A DNA stretch of 63,321 nucleotides, the filler included, from Rozella allomycis CSF55 (lineage: Eukaryota): NCBI GenBank assembly GCA_000442015.1. It is 11 parts of 11 records of this genome, joined end to end, with 100 filler letters (N's around TTAATTAATTAA, not from the genome) between each part and the next. Parts side by side here need not be neighbours in the genome. Positions count along the whole stretch, not along the records: positions 46,138 to 56,483 come from KE560441.1; positions 56,584 to 57,779 come from KE560442.1; 9 more parts are not named here. One strand, 5' to 3'. Below are positions 46,311-57,879 of the stretch, one piece after another. The number at the start of each line of letters is the position of its first letter. Positions within the stretch are counted from its first letter, which is position 1. A program made the translations under genes and the position numbers. The notes under the pieces are model-generated. The model was not told the origin of the DNA. It worked only from the letters and a program-made list of their open reading frames with translations, and did not search any database.

Positions 46311-48975
46311 TTATCTTAGATTAAGTGCTAATGGATCGGTTTTATGATAACCAACTTTGACAATGTTGTTGGCCGCAATATGGATTTTGAACCCACTCAA
46401 AATATCAAAACTTATTTGGTATCCACACTGCTCAACTTTACTGATTTTGTCGTAGATTGAACGAAAAGGGCTAGCATTTCTCTGATCAGAAGAAAATCCA
46501 AGCTTTATATTCTCTAATTTTGAATTCTTAATATTATCAGTAAAACGAGATAAAAAGTTGTCAAAGTACTTTAATACTCTTTCCTTTTGTTTATGTGAAG
46601 CTCCGGTAAGAGCCATATTGAACTCAAAGTTTCTTAATTGAGAATCGAAAACTTTTTCCACAATGGAAAAGTTAAACTTTTCAGAAATTCCAAAAGTTTG
46701 GATTTGTAAACTATGCAATTTTGTGTTTGGTAAATTATTAAACAAAGTGGTTAAACCCTCGCTTGATTTAGTGTAATCAAGTTAAGATTCAGAATTTTTA
46801 AATTTGAATAAAACAAAATTGTAGCCAAGTCTTGAAAATTGATTCTACCGATGTCTATTGTGAGTTCAACCATACTAGACTTTCTTAAAAATGAATGTAA
46901 ATGTGCATTATCATCAAGAACAACATTGCGCAACTTCAATCGTTGAACGTTAGAATTCAATAATGGATCCGTAACACCAACCTTACATTTCTTACTGAGG
47001 GTTACACTTAAAGACTTTAAACTCTTCCATGTCATCTTTTCAAACAATTCTTTTACAAACAAACCACAATCTTGATTTTCAATATTTAATTCTAAATTTT
47101 CAACATTGTCGAAANAGTTTATATTCAAAATTTTTAAATTTGAATAAAACAAACTTGTAGCCAAGTCTTGAAAATTGATTCTATCGATGTCTGTTGTGAG
47201 TTCTACCAAACTAGACTTTCTTAAAAATGAATGTAAATGTGCATTATCATCAAGAACAACATTGCGCAACTTCAATCGTTGAACGTTAGAATTCAATAAT
47301 GCATCCGTAACACCAACCTTACATTTCTTACTGAGGGTTACACTTAAAGACTTTAAACTCTTCCATGTCATCTTTTCAAACAATTCNATTCTTACTGAGA
47401 GTTACACTTAAAGACTTTAAACTCTTCCATGTCATCTTTTCAAACAATTCTTTTACAAACAAACCACAATCTTGATTTTCAATATTTAATTCTAAATTTT
47501 CAACATTGTCGAAAATACTCAACTTTGCAATCAAGTTTATTAATTTTTCGTCATACATTATATCAACCTTCAGTTTCAAACTTTTCAAGTGTCTTTTCAA
47601 TCGCAGCGCTTCAAATGCGTTTCCAAAATAAAAGGGAACAGAGGTTTTTAANAAGTTTCAAACTTTTCATTTTTCAAGTGCCTTTTCAACCGCAGCGCTT
47701 CAAATGCGTTTCCAAAATAAAAGGGAACAGAGGTTTTTAATGAAACTATTGTTGACGGTAAATGATGGACTAAATCTTTCAAATCTAAATTGCCATCCAG
47801 TTCTAATACTTTCAATTTTGATAATGACAGAGCTTCAAGGAATTCCCTTTGGAGTGTAGCAGGAACCCTAATAGAAAGAAAGAGCTCTTCTATGTAAGGT
47901 CGCGATAACAAATCACAAATATTTTTTAACTAGACACTTGGCAAAATTGGTTCAATAGCCAATTTTCTTATGGTTGACTTTGAAATAGCAATTAACAATC
48001 TTTTCAAACTCTCCTCGTCAGGTGTCTTGTAAGATTTGTAGGAAATGATAATTTCATGGATCCTTTTAGAATCTATTCGCTCCAAGTATTCAATGGCTCT
48101 TTCAAAAGATAGAATATTAAACCCGAGGCCAAGGGCAAACATGCCTCTCATGTCAAAAACAANAGAATCCCCTTTGGAGTTCAGCAGGAACTCTAATGGA
48201 AAGAAAGAGCTCTTCTATGAAAGGTCTCGATAACAAATCACAAATATTTTTTTAATAGACACTTGGCAAAATTGGTTCAATAGTCAATTTTCTTATGGTT
48301 GACTTTGAAATAGCAATTAACAATCTTTTCAAACTCTNCCTCGTCGGGTGGCTTGTAAGATTTGTAGGAAATGATAATTTCATGAATCCTTTTAGAATCT
48401 TTTCGCTCCAAGTATTCAATTGCCCTTTCAAAAGATAAAATATTAAACCCGAGGCCAAGGGAAAACATGCCTCTCATGTCAAAAACAACATTGGCTTTGC
48501 TATTGGGAAATTTCTCATAGAAGCTAATAATATCATCGATCTTTTGAAAATGGACTGAGAGATATCTTGATCCACTACAAAGATTGCCTTTTAAAATTGA
48601 CCTCTCAAAGGGGATGCTTATTTGATTTTCAACGTAATCTGCTTTGGGTCTTTCAAAAGCGTAATCGACTACATTTTTGTACATTTCGTAAAGTTTCCCC
48701 TTCAATGCTGGAGAAGTGATTGACAAACGACGAAAGTCTTGGAAAGATAGATAGTCACCTATACAAACGAGGGCATCATCGGGCAAATTTTCAATGTTTG
48801 TGGGAAGGTTATCAATTAATGAAGGCTCCAGTTCACTTTTTGCTTCAGTGTCAACAACGGACTCGAGTTGATTTGGTGCTTGGGGAACCAAAGCCAAAGA
48901 AGGCTCTTTGCTTGTCACAGGAACGGCGAAAACAATCGTAAGTAGTAGAAGTGTGCTAAGGAATATTTTCATCAT
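46311..48975 (-). CDS. Secreted F-box + LRR-like protein (paralog A; scrambled by assembly duplications)
   Basis: Signal peptide MMKIFLSTLLLLTIVFA; F-box IENLPDDALVCIGDYLSFQDFRRLSITSPAL; repeated LxxLxL (LKSLSV, VQRLKL, LKILNL). Confidence 0.78.
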
Positions 48976-49133
48976 TATTCAAATGAAAAATTTTAAACCA
49001 GGGTTAGACAAATAAGTAATAACGAAAATTGCTGCTAAAAAAAGTTATAAAGCAAAGTATTATTATTTAACAATTTTTAATGCACGAGGATAGTCCGCAA
49101 TCGCATATTCAGAAAGTTGTTAAGAGAATGAAT

Positions 49134-49522
49134 NAATTGCCTTTTAAAATTAAAATTGACCTCTCAAAAGGGATGCTTATTTGATTTTCAACGTAATCTG
49201 CTTTGGGTCTTTCAAAAGCGTAATCGACTACATTTTTGTACATTTCGTAAAGTTTCCCCTTCAATGCTGGAGAAGTGATTGACAAACGACGAAAGTCTTG
49301 GAAAGATAGATAGTCACCAATACAAACGAGGACATCATCGGGCAGATTTTCAATGTTTGTGGGAAGGTTATCAATTAACGCAGGCTCCTGTTCACTTTTT
49401 GCTTCAGTGTCAACAACGGAACCGAGTTGATTTGGTGCTTGGGGAACCAAAGAAGGGCTTGTCATAGGAACGGCGGAAACAATCGTAAGTAGCAGAAGTG
49501 TGCTAAGGAATATTTTCATCAT
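49134..49522 (-). CDS. Near-identical 5' copy of secreted F-box paralog A (allele or recent duplicate)
   Basis: Same signal peptide and F-box with a few substitutions and indels; bounded by n joins. Confidence 0.6.
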
Positions 49523-49619
49523 TATTCAAATGAAAACTTATTANATAATACATTTGAAGTTATTAAAAGATGAAATTTAGGTTAATTAAATTATTTATTT
49601 TGAATTAAAATGTAATTTC

Positions 49620-51695
49620 CTATTTAGTAAAAGTGAGCATCAAAATGCTTCTTTGCATATCAATAGTAAATTGAGGTAAAGGTCCCGATATGTGAATAGA
49701 GTTTAAGATGGATGTTGTTCTACTTAATAAATTCTTTTGTTCCGACTGTAGTATGTTAATTCCTTTAAATTTGATGACAGCCTTTTTAAACTGGACAGCA
49801 TCAAGGCTGTTCCCTATTTCACGAAAAAACTGAATGATGTTTTCAAAATAATTGTTGCGGATTTCAATTACATTATCCACNCTAAATTTGATGACAACCT
49901 TCTTAAACTGGACAGCATCAAGGGTATTCCCTATTTCACGAAAGAATTGAATGATGTTTTCAAAATAATTGTTGCGGATTTCAATTACAGCATCCACGTT
50001 GGTGGGAGTATAAGAGTACTCGAAATCAAGGACTACATGTTTCAGTTTAGAATGTAGAAGGATTCTCTTAATTTGAAGCAACAAATCTTTATTAGTCCAT
50101 TTGACTCTATTTATTTCAAGATGATTAACTTTTGAGTCAATTAAACTGGCAATAAAATTCTCGGTAATTTCATGAGTTGAGGAATATTCAAATATTACCA
50201 GCGAGGTTAAACTTGAAAAACGTAAATAATTGGCAAAATATTCTGGTTTGACATTCATTGATTCAAGTTCAAGCTCCTTGAGATCCTTTTTGGTCAAAAT
50301 TCTTGCTAAATCTACCTTTTCCTCTTCTGTAAGCCTGAGATTAGAAAGCTTTAGTTTCTGTAACTTTGAATTTATAATATAGTCGGTGATCAATGTAGAC
50401 ATTCTAACCTTCATATTAATTGACGNCCTAGCAAAATCTACCTTTTCATCTTCTGTAAGTCTGAGATTAGAAAGCTTTAGTTTCTGTAACTTTGAATTTA
50501 AAATATAGTCGGTGATCAATGTAGACATTCTAACCTTCATATTAATTGACGCACTTATCACATTCATTTGAGAAATGGCATTGAAAATACAGCCGTCCCT
50601 TCTAGAGATCTTTTCTGAAAAATGTAAATGATTTAGGCTTTCCAATACTTTAAAATCATCGTAGCTAAACCCGATAATTCGAGAAGCAATCAATGTCAGA
50701 CTTTCAATCCTAAATGCTTTCAGATTTTCAAAGACATCATACAGAATCAACGCACTAGTTGGCGCGTGTATTTCAATATGCTTTATAGTTGGCGGTAGGC
50801 TTCTAGATATCATTTGGAGAATCTCTGGCTTGTCGATAACTTCCGCCTTGATGTATTTAACACTTGTACTACTTAATAACTCGCTAATAAACACACAAAC
50901 ACCTTTATCTCTGCCTGATGGCTCATTCGTATCCCTCAGACCAATTTCCACTTCATTAATAGACTTTGCATATTCAAATCCACGCAACATTTCAAAATCC
51001 TCCTTCACAACTAAAAGTACTCTTGCTTTGGAATCCTTAAACCTTGTTTTAAACTTTTGAATATCGTGCAGACTAGAAAACTTTATTGTCAAAATCTCAT
51101 TAGCATATGGCAGTTCAAATTCCAACAAATCTTTACTAAAATCAATCAGAAATGTGTCATATCTCAATTCCGGATATTCAATATAAAAAGTATTTGGTTT
51201 TATAACCAAATTTTTAGTTTTATAACCTATATTGTTAAAGTATTTAGCCATCTGCCGTGGTTGCACATGAACTCGTGACTCTAAATCTTTTGAACAGGCA
51301 GCTAGTCTAAACTTTTCTTTAAGTGGCAAGAATCTAGCAACCTCGTAAAGTAGATCAGTTGGAAGATTTTCAAAACGAGATCCACTCCCTTTTTGGCCTG
51401 TCACACTACTTGGCACTTCACCTGGGTTGCGTTTATCTTCAGTTTCACTTTCAACGAGACGTGCATCTCCGGGAACTTTTTTCAAAACTTCTGCATTAAT
51501 ATTTTGAGTCTCGATAGTGAAATTGTCATTAGTATTTCCAATAATGGTAGGTCCTTCAGAATGAGAGTTCATAGCCAAACGAGTCCTAATTCTGGACCCT
51601 TTCGATTTTGAGTCGCCACAAAAAGTGGCAGAACAGGCAGAAACTAGGAGTAACGATACCAGAGACGCTGCTATGATTTCCTTTCCGTTCTTCAT
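49620..51695 (-). CDS. Secreted F-box + LRR-like protein (paralog B)
   Basis: Hydrophobic leader IIAASLVSLLLVSACSA; F-box FENLPTDLLYEVARFLPLKEKFRLAACSKDL; LQKLKL, LKELEL, LTSLVI repeats. Confidence 0.8.
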   Translation of the reverse strand: MKNGKEIIAASLVSLLLVSACSATFCGDSKSKGSRIRTRLAMNSHSEGPTIIGNTNDNFTIETQNINAEVLKKVPGDARLVESETEDKRNPGEVPSSVTGQKGSGSRFENLPTDLLYEVARFLPLKEKFRLAACSKDLESRVHVQPRQMAKYFNNIGYKTKNLVIKPNTFYIEYPELRYDTFLIDFSKDLLEFELPYANEILTIKFSSLHDIQKFKTRFKDSKARVLLVVKEDFEMLRGFEYAKSINEVEIGLRDTNEPSGRDKGVCVFISELLSSTSVKYIKAEVIDKPEILQMISRSLPPTIKHIEIHAPTSALILYDVFENLKAFRIESLTLIASRIIGFSYDDFKVLESLNHLHFSEKISRRDGCIFNAISQMNVISASINMKVRMSTLITDYILNSKLQKLKLSNLRLTEDEKVDFARXSINMKVRMSTLITDYIINSKLQKLKLSNLRLTEEEKVDLARILTKKDLKELELESMNVKPEYFANYLRFSSLTSLVIFEYSSTHEITENFIASLIDSKVNHLEINRVKWTNKDLLLQIKRILLHSKLKHVVLDFEYSYTPTNVDAVIEIRNNYFENIIQFFREIGNTLDAVQFKKVVIKFXVDNVIEIRNNYFENIIQFFREIGNSLDAVQFKKAVIKFKGINILQSEQKNLLSRTTSILNSIHISGPLPQFTIDMQRSILMLTFTK

Positions 51696-52399
51696 TGCGT
51701 GGCTGAGTGCCTTGCAAATTGCAATGAGTGAAATTATGTTACTAAATTAAAATAAATTACAAAAATTAAAATAAATTACAATAGACATTCGGCTGCTTCC
51801 AACAAATCGCCTATGGATCTCTCTGAATCTTTTGCAATAAGTCAGTAACACTTCATTTATCTGTTTTTCTTTTGTTCCATTTAGGATTAGGAAGGAATTA
51901 AAATTTGGGTAAAAAATGGATGATTGTACGCGTGAACTTTTACATACTCTCCATATTACACCTATAAACTATGTCGTTGACATTTTAAGCACCTTTAAAC
52001 GTATCACCCGTTAAATACGCATTTACACAACCTCCTTGTGGGTTATATCGCGAAGCATTGAAGTTTTTAGCTCAAATTCAAGACAAGGAATCAAACGTTA
52101 TTGGCGATCGTAGCAAGGGTAAAATAATTCAAAATAATTCAATCACATTAGAAACTATTTATTATTAGATGAAAATATAATTGATAAACAATAATACGAC
52201 GGCGCTAGATATTAAACCAATAGTTAAACCGATATTCAATAGTTTANGTTAAATACGCATTTACACCTCCTTGTGGGTTATATCGCGAAGCGTTAAAGTT
52301 TTTAGCTCAAATTCAAGACATGGAATCAAGCGTTATTGGCGATCGTAGCAAGGGTAAAATTATTCAAAATAATTCAATAAAATTAGAAACTATTTATTA

Positions 52400-55300
52400 T
52401 TAGATAAACATATAATTGATAAACAATAATGCGACGGCGCTAGATATTAAACCAATAGTTAAACCGATATTCAATAGTTTAGAGACCCGATCTTCTTTCC
52501 CGGATTCTGATTCTTCTGTAACTAATTCAGGTTCGGCAGTATCCCCGCTGATACTATTAGATAATAATAATTCACTTTCGATTGAATCTGTCTCTAAATC
52601 TGATGATTCTGAAGCTGACTCTGGTTCTGTCTCTGTCTCTAAATCTGATGATTCTGTCTCTGTCTCTAAACCTGATGATTCTGAGTCAGTTCCAGATTCT
52701 ACTTTCGTGGCTGCAATTAATTTTGGTTCATTGATCTTCTCTCTCTCAGACNTCTGAATCTGTCTCTGAATCTAAATCTGAATCTAAATCTAAATCTAAA
52801 TCTGAATCTGAATCTACATCCCCGACTGTAATTAAATTTGGTTTGTTAATCTTTTCTATTTTAGGCCTAAAAATATCTCTGAGCTTGATAACTATTGTTA
52901 CGCTATTCGACGTTTTGTAGAATAACAAAAGGTAACCCACACTGTAAAACTTTCGGATATTAGAAAACCCCCAAGACTTAAAACTTTTCACGTCAAATTT
53001 ACATTTTAATACGAATGCAATACGTTCCAATCTTGAATTTCTTAACACATCAGCTAAATCAGCTAACGGATTAAAAAACTTTTGAGCATTCGCCTGAGAA
53101 TCGTGATGACATTTAAAGCTAACTTCAAGAATTCTAAGTTTTGAGCGGGCTATGTTCTTTATTAAATTAACGTCAAATTTATCTGAAAAACAAATATTTT
53201 TTAATTCTAAATGAACCAATTCGGTTTTTGGTAAAACACTAAAGAAATTATTCAAACCTTGACTTTGATCGATTTTGGAAATTTCAGAAGACCTTCCAGA
53301 TTGAGCAAGACTCAATGATTTTAAATTTGAAAAAGACAGACTCTCTGCTAACATTTTTAAATCAACTCTTTCAATTTTAGAAGAAAATAGCACTAAATCA
53401 GGCTTTTGAATCAAAGAGTAAAATACTGGAGTGACATCCAAGTTCATTTCAACTGTCAACTTTTTTAACTTTGATTTTAAGATGCTTTTAGGAATCTCTA
53501 ATTTTTCTCTTGGAATACCATTCAATGAAAGAGAGATTTTTATATCTTCAAGTTTTGATGGAGAAAACTGTATGATTTGTTTAAGAAGCTTAGGAAAATC
53601 TGTATATTTTCGCCTATTCCAGATCGTTATTTCTAATGTTTCTTAACCCGCGAGCAATCTCAAATTCTTGAGCGTATATTCACTCGAACGGAATTTTATA
53701 TCTCTAAGGCCTAAATGTTTCAAGTTTGTTTTCACAGCCAAAGTCTTGAATATGGATCCCAAACTCTGTATGTTGATGTTAAAAAATCCCATTTTAAATG
53801 TCCTAATATTTAATGGTAACGACTCGGCAAGATGGACTAAAAGGTCCTTCCTTATAGTAGCATACTGTTCAATTTTCAACACCTCTATTTTGGACTGGGG
53901 GAGAACTTGAAAAAACTTTGACCATTGTTCATCAATATTATGATCAGCATGGGGGCGTTCACTAACGAAAATATTTAATTCTTTGAGCTGCTTGGCGCTA
54001 CTGGTAGTTATGTATTTTCCAATTAAATCCAAATAATCCATATCTTCACACATTATTTTTAAAAAGACTTTTCTAGCACCAGACTGCNCACATTCAATTT
54101 CATTTCAACGACCAACTTTTTCAACTTTGACTGTAAGATGCTTTCAGGGAGCTCCAATATGTCTCTTGGAAAACGATAAAAAAATGAAAGAGAGATTTTT
54201 AATTCCTCAAGATTTAATGGAGAAAATTGTATGATTTCTCTAAGAAGCTTACGGGCAGAATGCATTTCCCACACGTTCTGAAGTCTTAATTCTAATGTTT
54301 CTAAACCCGGAAGTAACCTCAAATTCTCAAGTGTATATTCACCATCGTCGAACATAATTCGGCCAAGGACTAAATGTTTCAAGTTTGTTTTTACAGCCAA
54401 AGCCTCAAATATGGATCCTAATCTTTCTATTTTGAGGTTAGCAAACACCATCTCAAACGCCCTAATTTCTAATGGTAGCGACTCAGCAAGTTGGACTATT
54501 AGTTCGTTTCGTAAGCTATAATAATGTTTAACATTCAGAACCTCGATTTTGAACTGGGGGATAATTTGAAAAAACTTTGACCATTGTTCATCAATATTAT
54601 TATCAACACCGCGGCGTTCACTTACGTGAATATTCAATTCTTTTAGTTGCCTTGTACTGCTAGTAGCAACGTATTTTCCAATCGAATCCAAATAGACCAT
54701 ATCTTCAAACTTTATCATAAAAAAGACTTTCCTAGCACCAGACTGCAAAACATATGGGATTAATTCGGGATAGGTAAAATAGTAATTAATGTCAAATTCA
54801 TGAATTATACCTCCACCTTGTAAAAAACTTGTCAATTTTTGAGCATCTTTTTCTTCAAACGTCGAGGGTTTATAGATAATGATCGCTTTGTTTTTTGGAA
54901 AACGCTCTTGGAACTTTATTATCCAATCAATATTATTAAATGTNAAGGCAAAATAAGATTCAAATAAATCAAAGTTAAATTCATGTATTTTACCACCACT
55001 TTGTAAAAAACTTGTCAAATTTTGGACTTCATTTTCGTCTAAAATATGGGGATCATAAATGATGGTCGCTTTGCTTTTTGGAAAACGATTCTGGAATTCT
55101 TTTAAACTTTCAATCATTTTAAAAGAAATTGAAAAATAATTTGAAAGGTAACACAGTTCATCTGGAACCTTCGAAAGCCTCATGGGCACCACGTTATCCA
55201 AAAGTTTAAGTGAAAAGTCTTCACTAAAGCCATTACGATCTCTCATCGTAGATAAAAATTCAATCATATCCTTGTAATCCTTATAAAGAATGCTTTCCCT

Positions 55301-55576
55301 AAGGATTTCCGAGCATGTTGAAAATCGATGATAATCTTTGAGAGGTAAAAATTTACCGACGCACAAGAGTAAGTCATCTGGAAGTTTCTCAATCAATGCG
55401 AGTTCGTCGTGTGATTTTACTTTTTTCCTTAGCAGGAAGTTTTTTAGTTGATGCAGGTTCCAGTTCACTTTTTCTTTCATTTTCAACCACACAGAAACCA
55501 AAGAACTTTGTTCGCTTGGCGTAGGAAGGGCGACAACAATTGTAAGTAGTACTAGTGTGCTAAGAAATATCTTCAT
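52400..55576 (-). CDS. Secreted F-box + LRR-like protein(s) (paralog C) with acidic stalk and hydrophobic C-terminus; probably a mosaic of at least 2 copies
   Basis: MKIFLSTLVLLTIVVA; F-box IEKLPDDLLLCVGKFLPLKDYHRFSTCSEIL; LRR-like repeats; DS/ES-rich tail ending LLNIGLTIGLISSAVALLFINYMFI*. Confidence 0.72.
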
Positions 55577-55854
55577 CACTATTCAAATGAAAAACTTTCT
55601 AAGCCAGGGTTGCCAGCACGAGTCAAAAACTTTTTAAGCTAGGGTTGCACGACACATTCTAAAGCCAGGGCTGAAAATTTATTTCTTTATAAATTTTGCT
55701 TTAGATTAAAACAATAAAAAAGATTTCATCTTCAGAATAGAAAATAAGAAAAATATCTTTTGCGTCTTTTTATCTCATTCCTATGCTCTTGAAGTTTTGA
55801 AGAAAAATTTACTTATTAAATAAATTTTTTTCTGGCTAACCATGATGCTTCCGG

Positions 55855-55980
55855 ATGGTTCGATCCCCATCGGTTTCCAGGTTGAGGCAAGGTTGGACTC
55901 CTTGGTGATTTTGACGATGTGGATCCCTCATCCTTTATAAATACGATTATTAAAATAATTGTATCTATTTAAAATATAAA
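55855..55980 (+). mobile_element. Second, 5'-degraded copy of the tRNA-derived SINE
   Basis: ATGGTTCGATCCCCATC...GACTCCTTGGTGATTTTGACGATGTGGATCCCTCATCC..ATAAATACGATTATT matches the reverse complement of 6475-6610. Confidence 0.8.
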
Positions 55981-56177
55981 AAGAACTTAAAAAAATTTTT
56001 GATAGCTCATATAATTCAACTAAAGAGTGCATCTTTGAGTTATGATTATTTGATAGGCATATGCCTCCACGTTTTTGCTTAACTAAAGAGTTTCTTTCTA
56101 GCGGTTGTATTCGTGTCACTCTCCATAAATAGATTTGCATGTTTATATTTAGCGCCTTCTGAATGGCAAATCATTGT

Positions 56178-56360
56178 TTAAAGTCGAACAAAACTTTGAC
56201 CATGGTACATCAATATTACCGCGGCGTCACTAACTTGAATATTCAATTCTTTGAGTTGTTTTGCGCTACTAGTAGTTATGTATTTTCCAATCGAATCTAA
56301 ATAGACCGTATCTTCAAATTTATCATAAAAAAACTTTCCTAGCACCAGACTGCAAAACAT
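56178..56360 (-). pseudogene. Internal fragment of the F-box/LRR paralog C family
   Basis: YLDSIGKYITTSSAKQLKELNI nearly identical to segments near 53980-54050 and 54630-54700. Confidence 0.75.
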
Positions 56361-56583
56361 CTACTCCAAAGAAAGAGACCATTTCATTAAAAAGTCCCAA
56401 GCCTTTAAGCCAATAACTGGAATGTGTGTGTGACAACGCAGTGTAAGTTTGCCCTAAATCATCGACAATTCCGGAAATGAAATNNNNNNNNNNNNNNNNN
56501 NNNNNNNNNNNNNNNNNNNNNNNNNNNTTAATTAATTAANNNNNNNNNNNNNNNNNNNNNNNNNNNNNNNNNNNNNNNNNNNN

Positions 56584-57779
56584 GCATGTTCCATAGAGAA
56601 AGAGAAATCGGTTACAATCGGTGATATTCAAAGGAAAAGCGTCAGACACATTAACGTCCAAAAGGGAGTGCATTGTTTTGAGTACTGTAGAAGACCGAGT
56701 TTCTTAATAACTGGAGGCAGAGATAAAATATTGTAATTAAAAAATGCGTTAGATATAGACGCCTGTGGAATCCTTATGTTCTTACCAAAAGTGCAGGAGT
56801 TCTTGAAGGTCATTTGGCACCGATTACTAATATTATTGTCTCTCATCAAGAAGGCTATATTATAAGTTTATCAGAAGACAAAAACATCAGAATATGGGAT
56901 ACACGGACGTTGTCTTGCATTCAATCTATTTGGGACAAGGCTTATACTAGACCTGAGAATTCGATTACTGCAATATTTTACGACGACAGATCAAAAAATC
57001 TGATGAGTGGAACTAACACTCTGGATATTTGGCCAGTAATCACACTTACCTATTTTAAATAACCAGATTAATAGGAATGCCAGATTTGGTACAGCACATT
57101 ATATTTATTACAGCCATGACGCCCCAATTGTGTCGGCCTTATACAATGAAGGTTTTGACCTTGTTGTTAGTGCTTGTCAAAACTCTGTGGTCAGCATTTG
57201 GAACTTTAGTTCAGGGAACAGAACCTTTAAATTTTCAAATGCACATAAAACGGAGATCACTGCTTTATGTTTTGACACGAGTGGTAGAAGATTAATTACA
57301 GGAGGCAGAGATGGTCTTGTGATTGTAATTTTACATATCTTGGGGAATTTAGATTTGGAATTTCAATAACGGCATGAACTTGCAAACGTTTCAGAAGGAC
57401 AGTAACTGTGAAGTCACCAAGATTCTTCATGTCGAGCTTGGCCAAAATAAATTTGTTTTGGTAGTCGGATGGGATAAAAGAATATCGGTTTTTGTTGACA
57501 ATCCCAATATTCCAGAGTCCAAGGCAGTCAGACATATAAGAGTTGATGGCTACGGGTCCGCTTATCGTGGTCATGAAGATGATGTTTTATCGATGGCGTT
57601 TCTACCTCCTAATAAATTAGTGACATCAGGAATCGATGGGAAGATTATCGTGTGGAATTTCAATTCAGGACACGAACGACTAATTATGCGAGAGCCACTG
57701 ATCGACGCCAAAAGCTTGGATGAACGTCCTATTGAATCAGTAATATTAAAAAATGAACATTAAAGATTGCGTTTTTAGC
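56584..57779 (+). CDS. WD40-repeat protein, WDR49/WDR64-like, partial
   Basis: KGVHCFEY...LITGGRD..LRLWNPY, GHLAPIT...SLSEDKNIRIWD, AHKTEITALCFDTSGRRLITGGRDG; short introns. Confidence 0.8.
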
Positions 57780-57879
57780 NNNNNNNNNNNNNNNNNNNNN
57801 NNNNNNNNNNNNNNNNNNNNNNNTTAATTAATTAANNNNNNNNNNNNNNNNNNNNNNNNNNNNNNNNNNNNNNNNNNNN

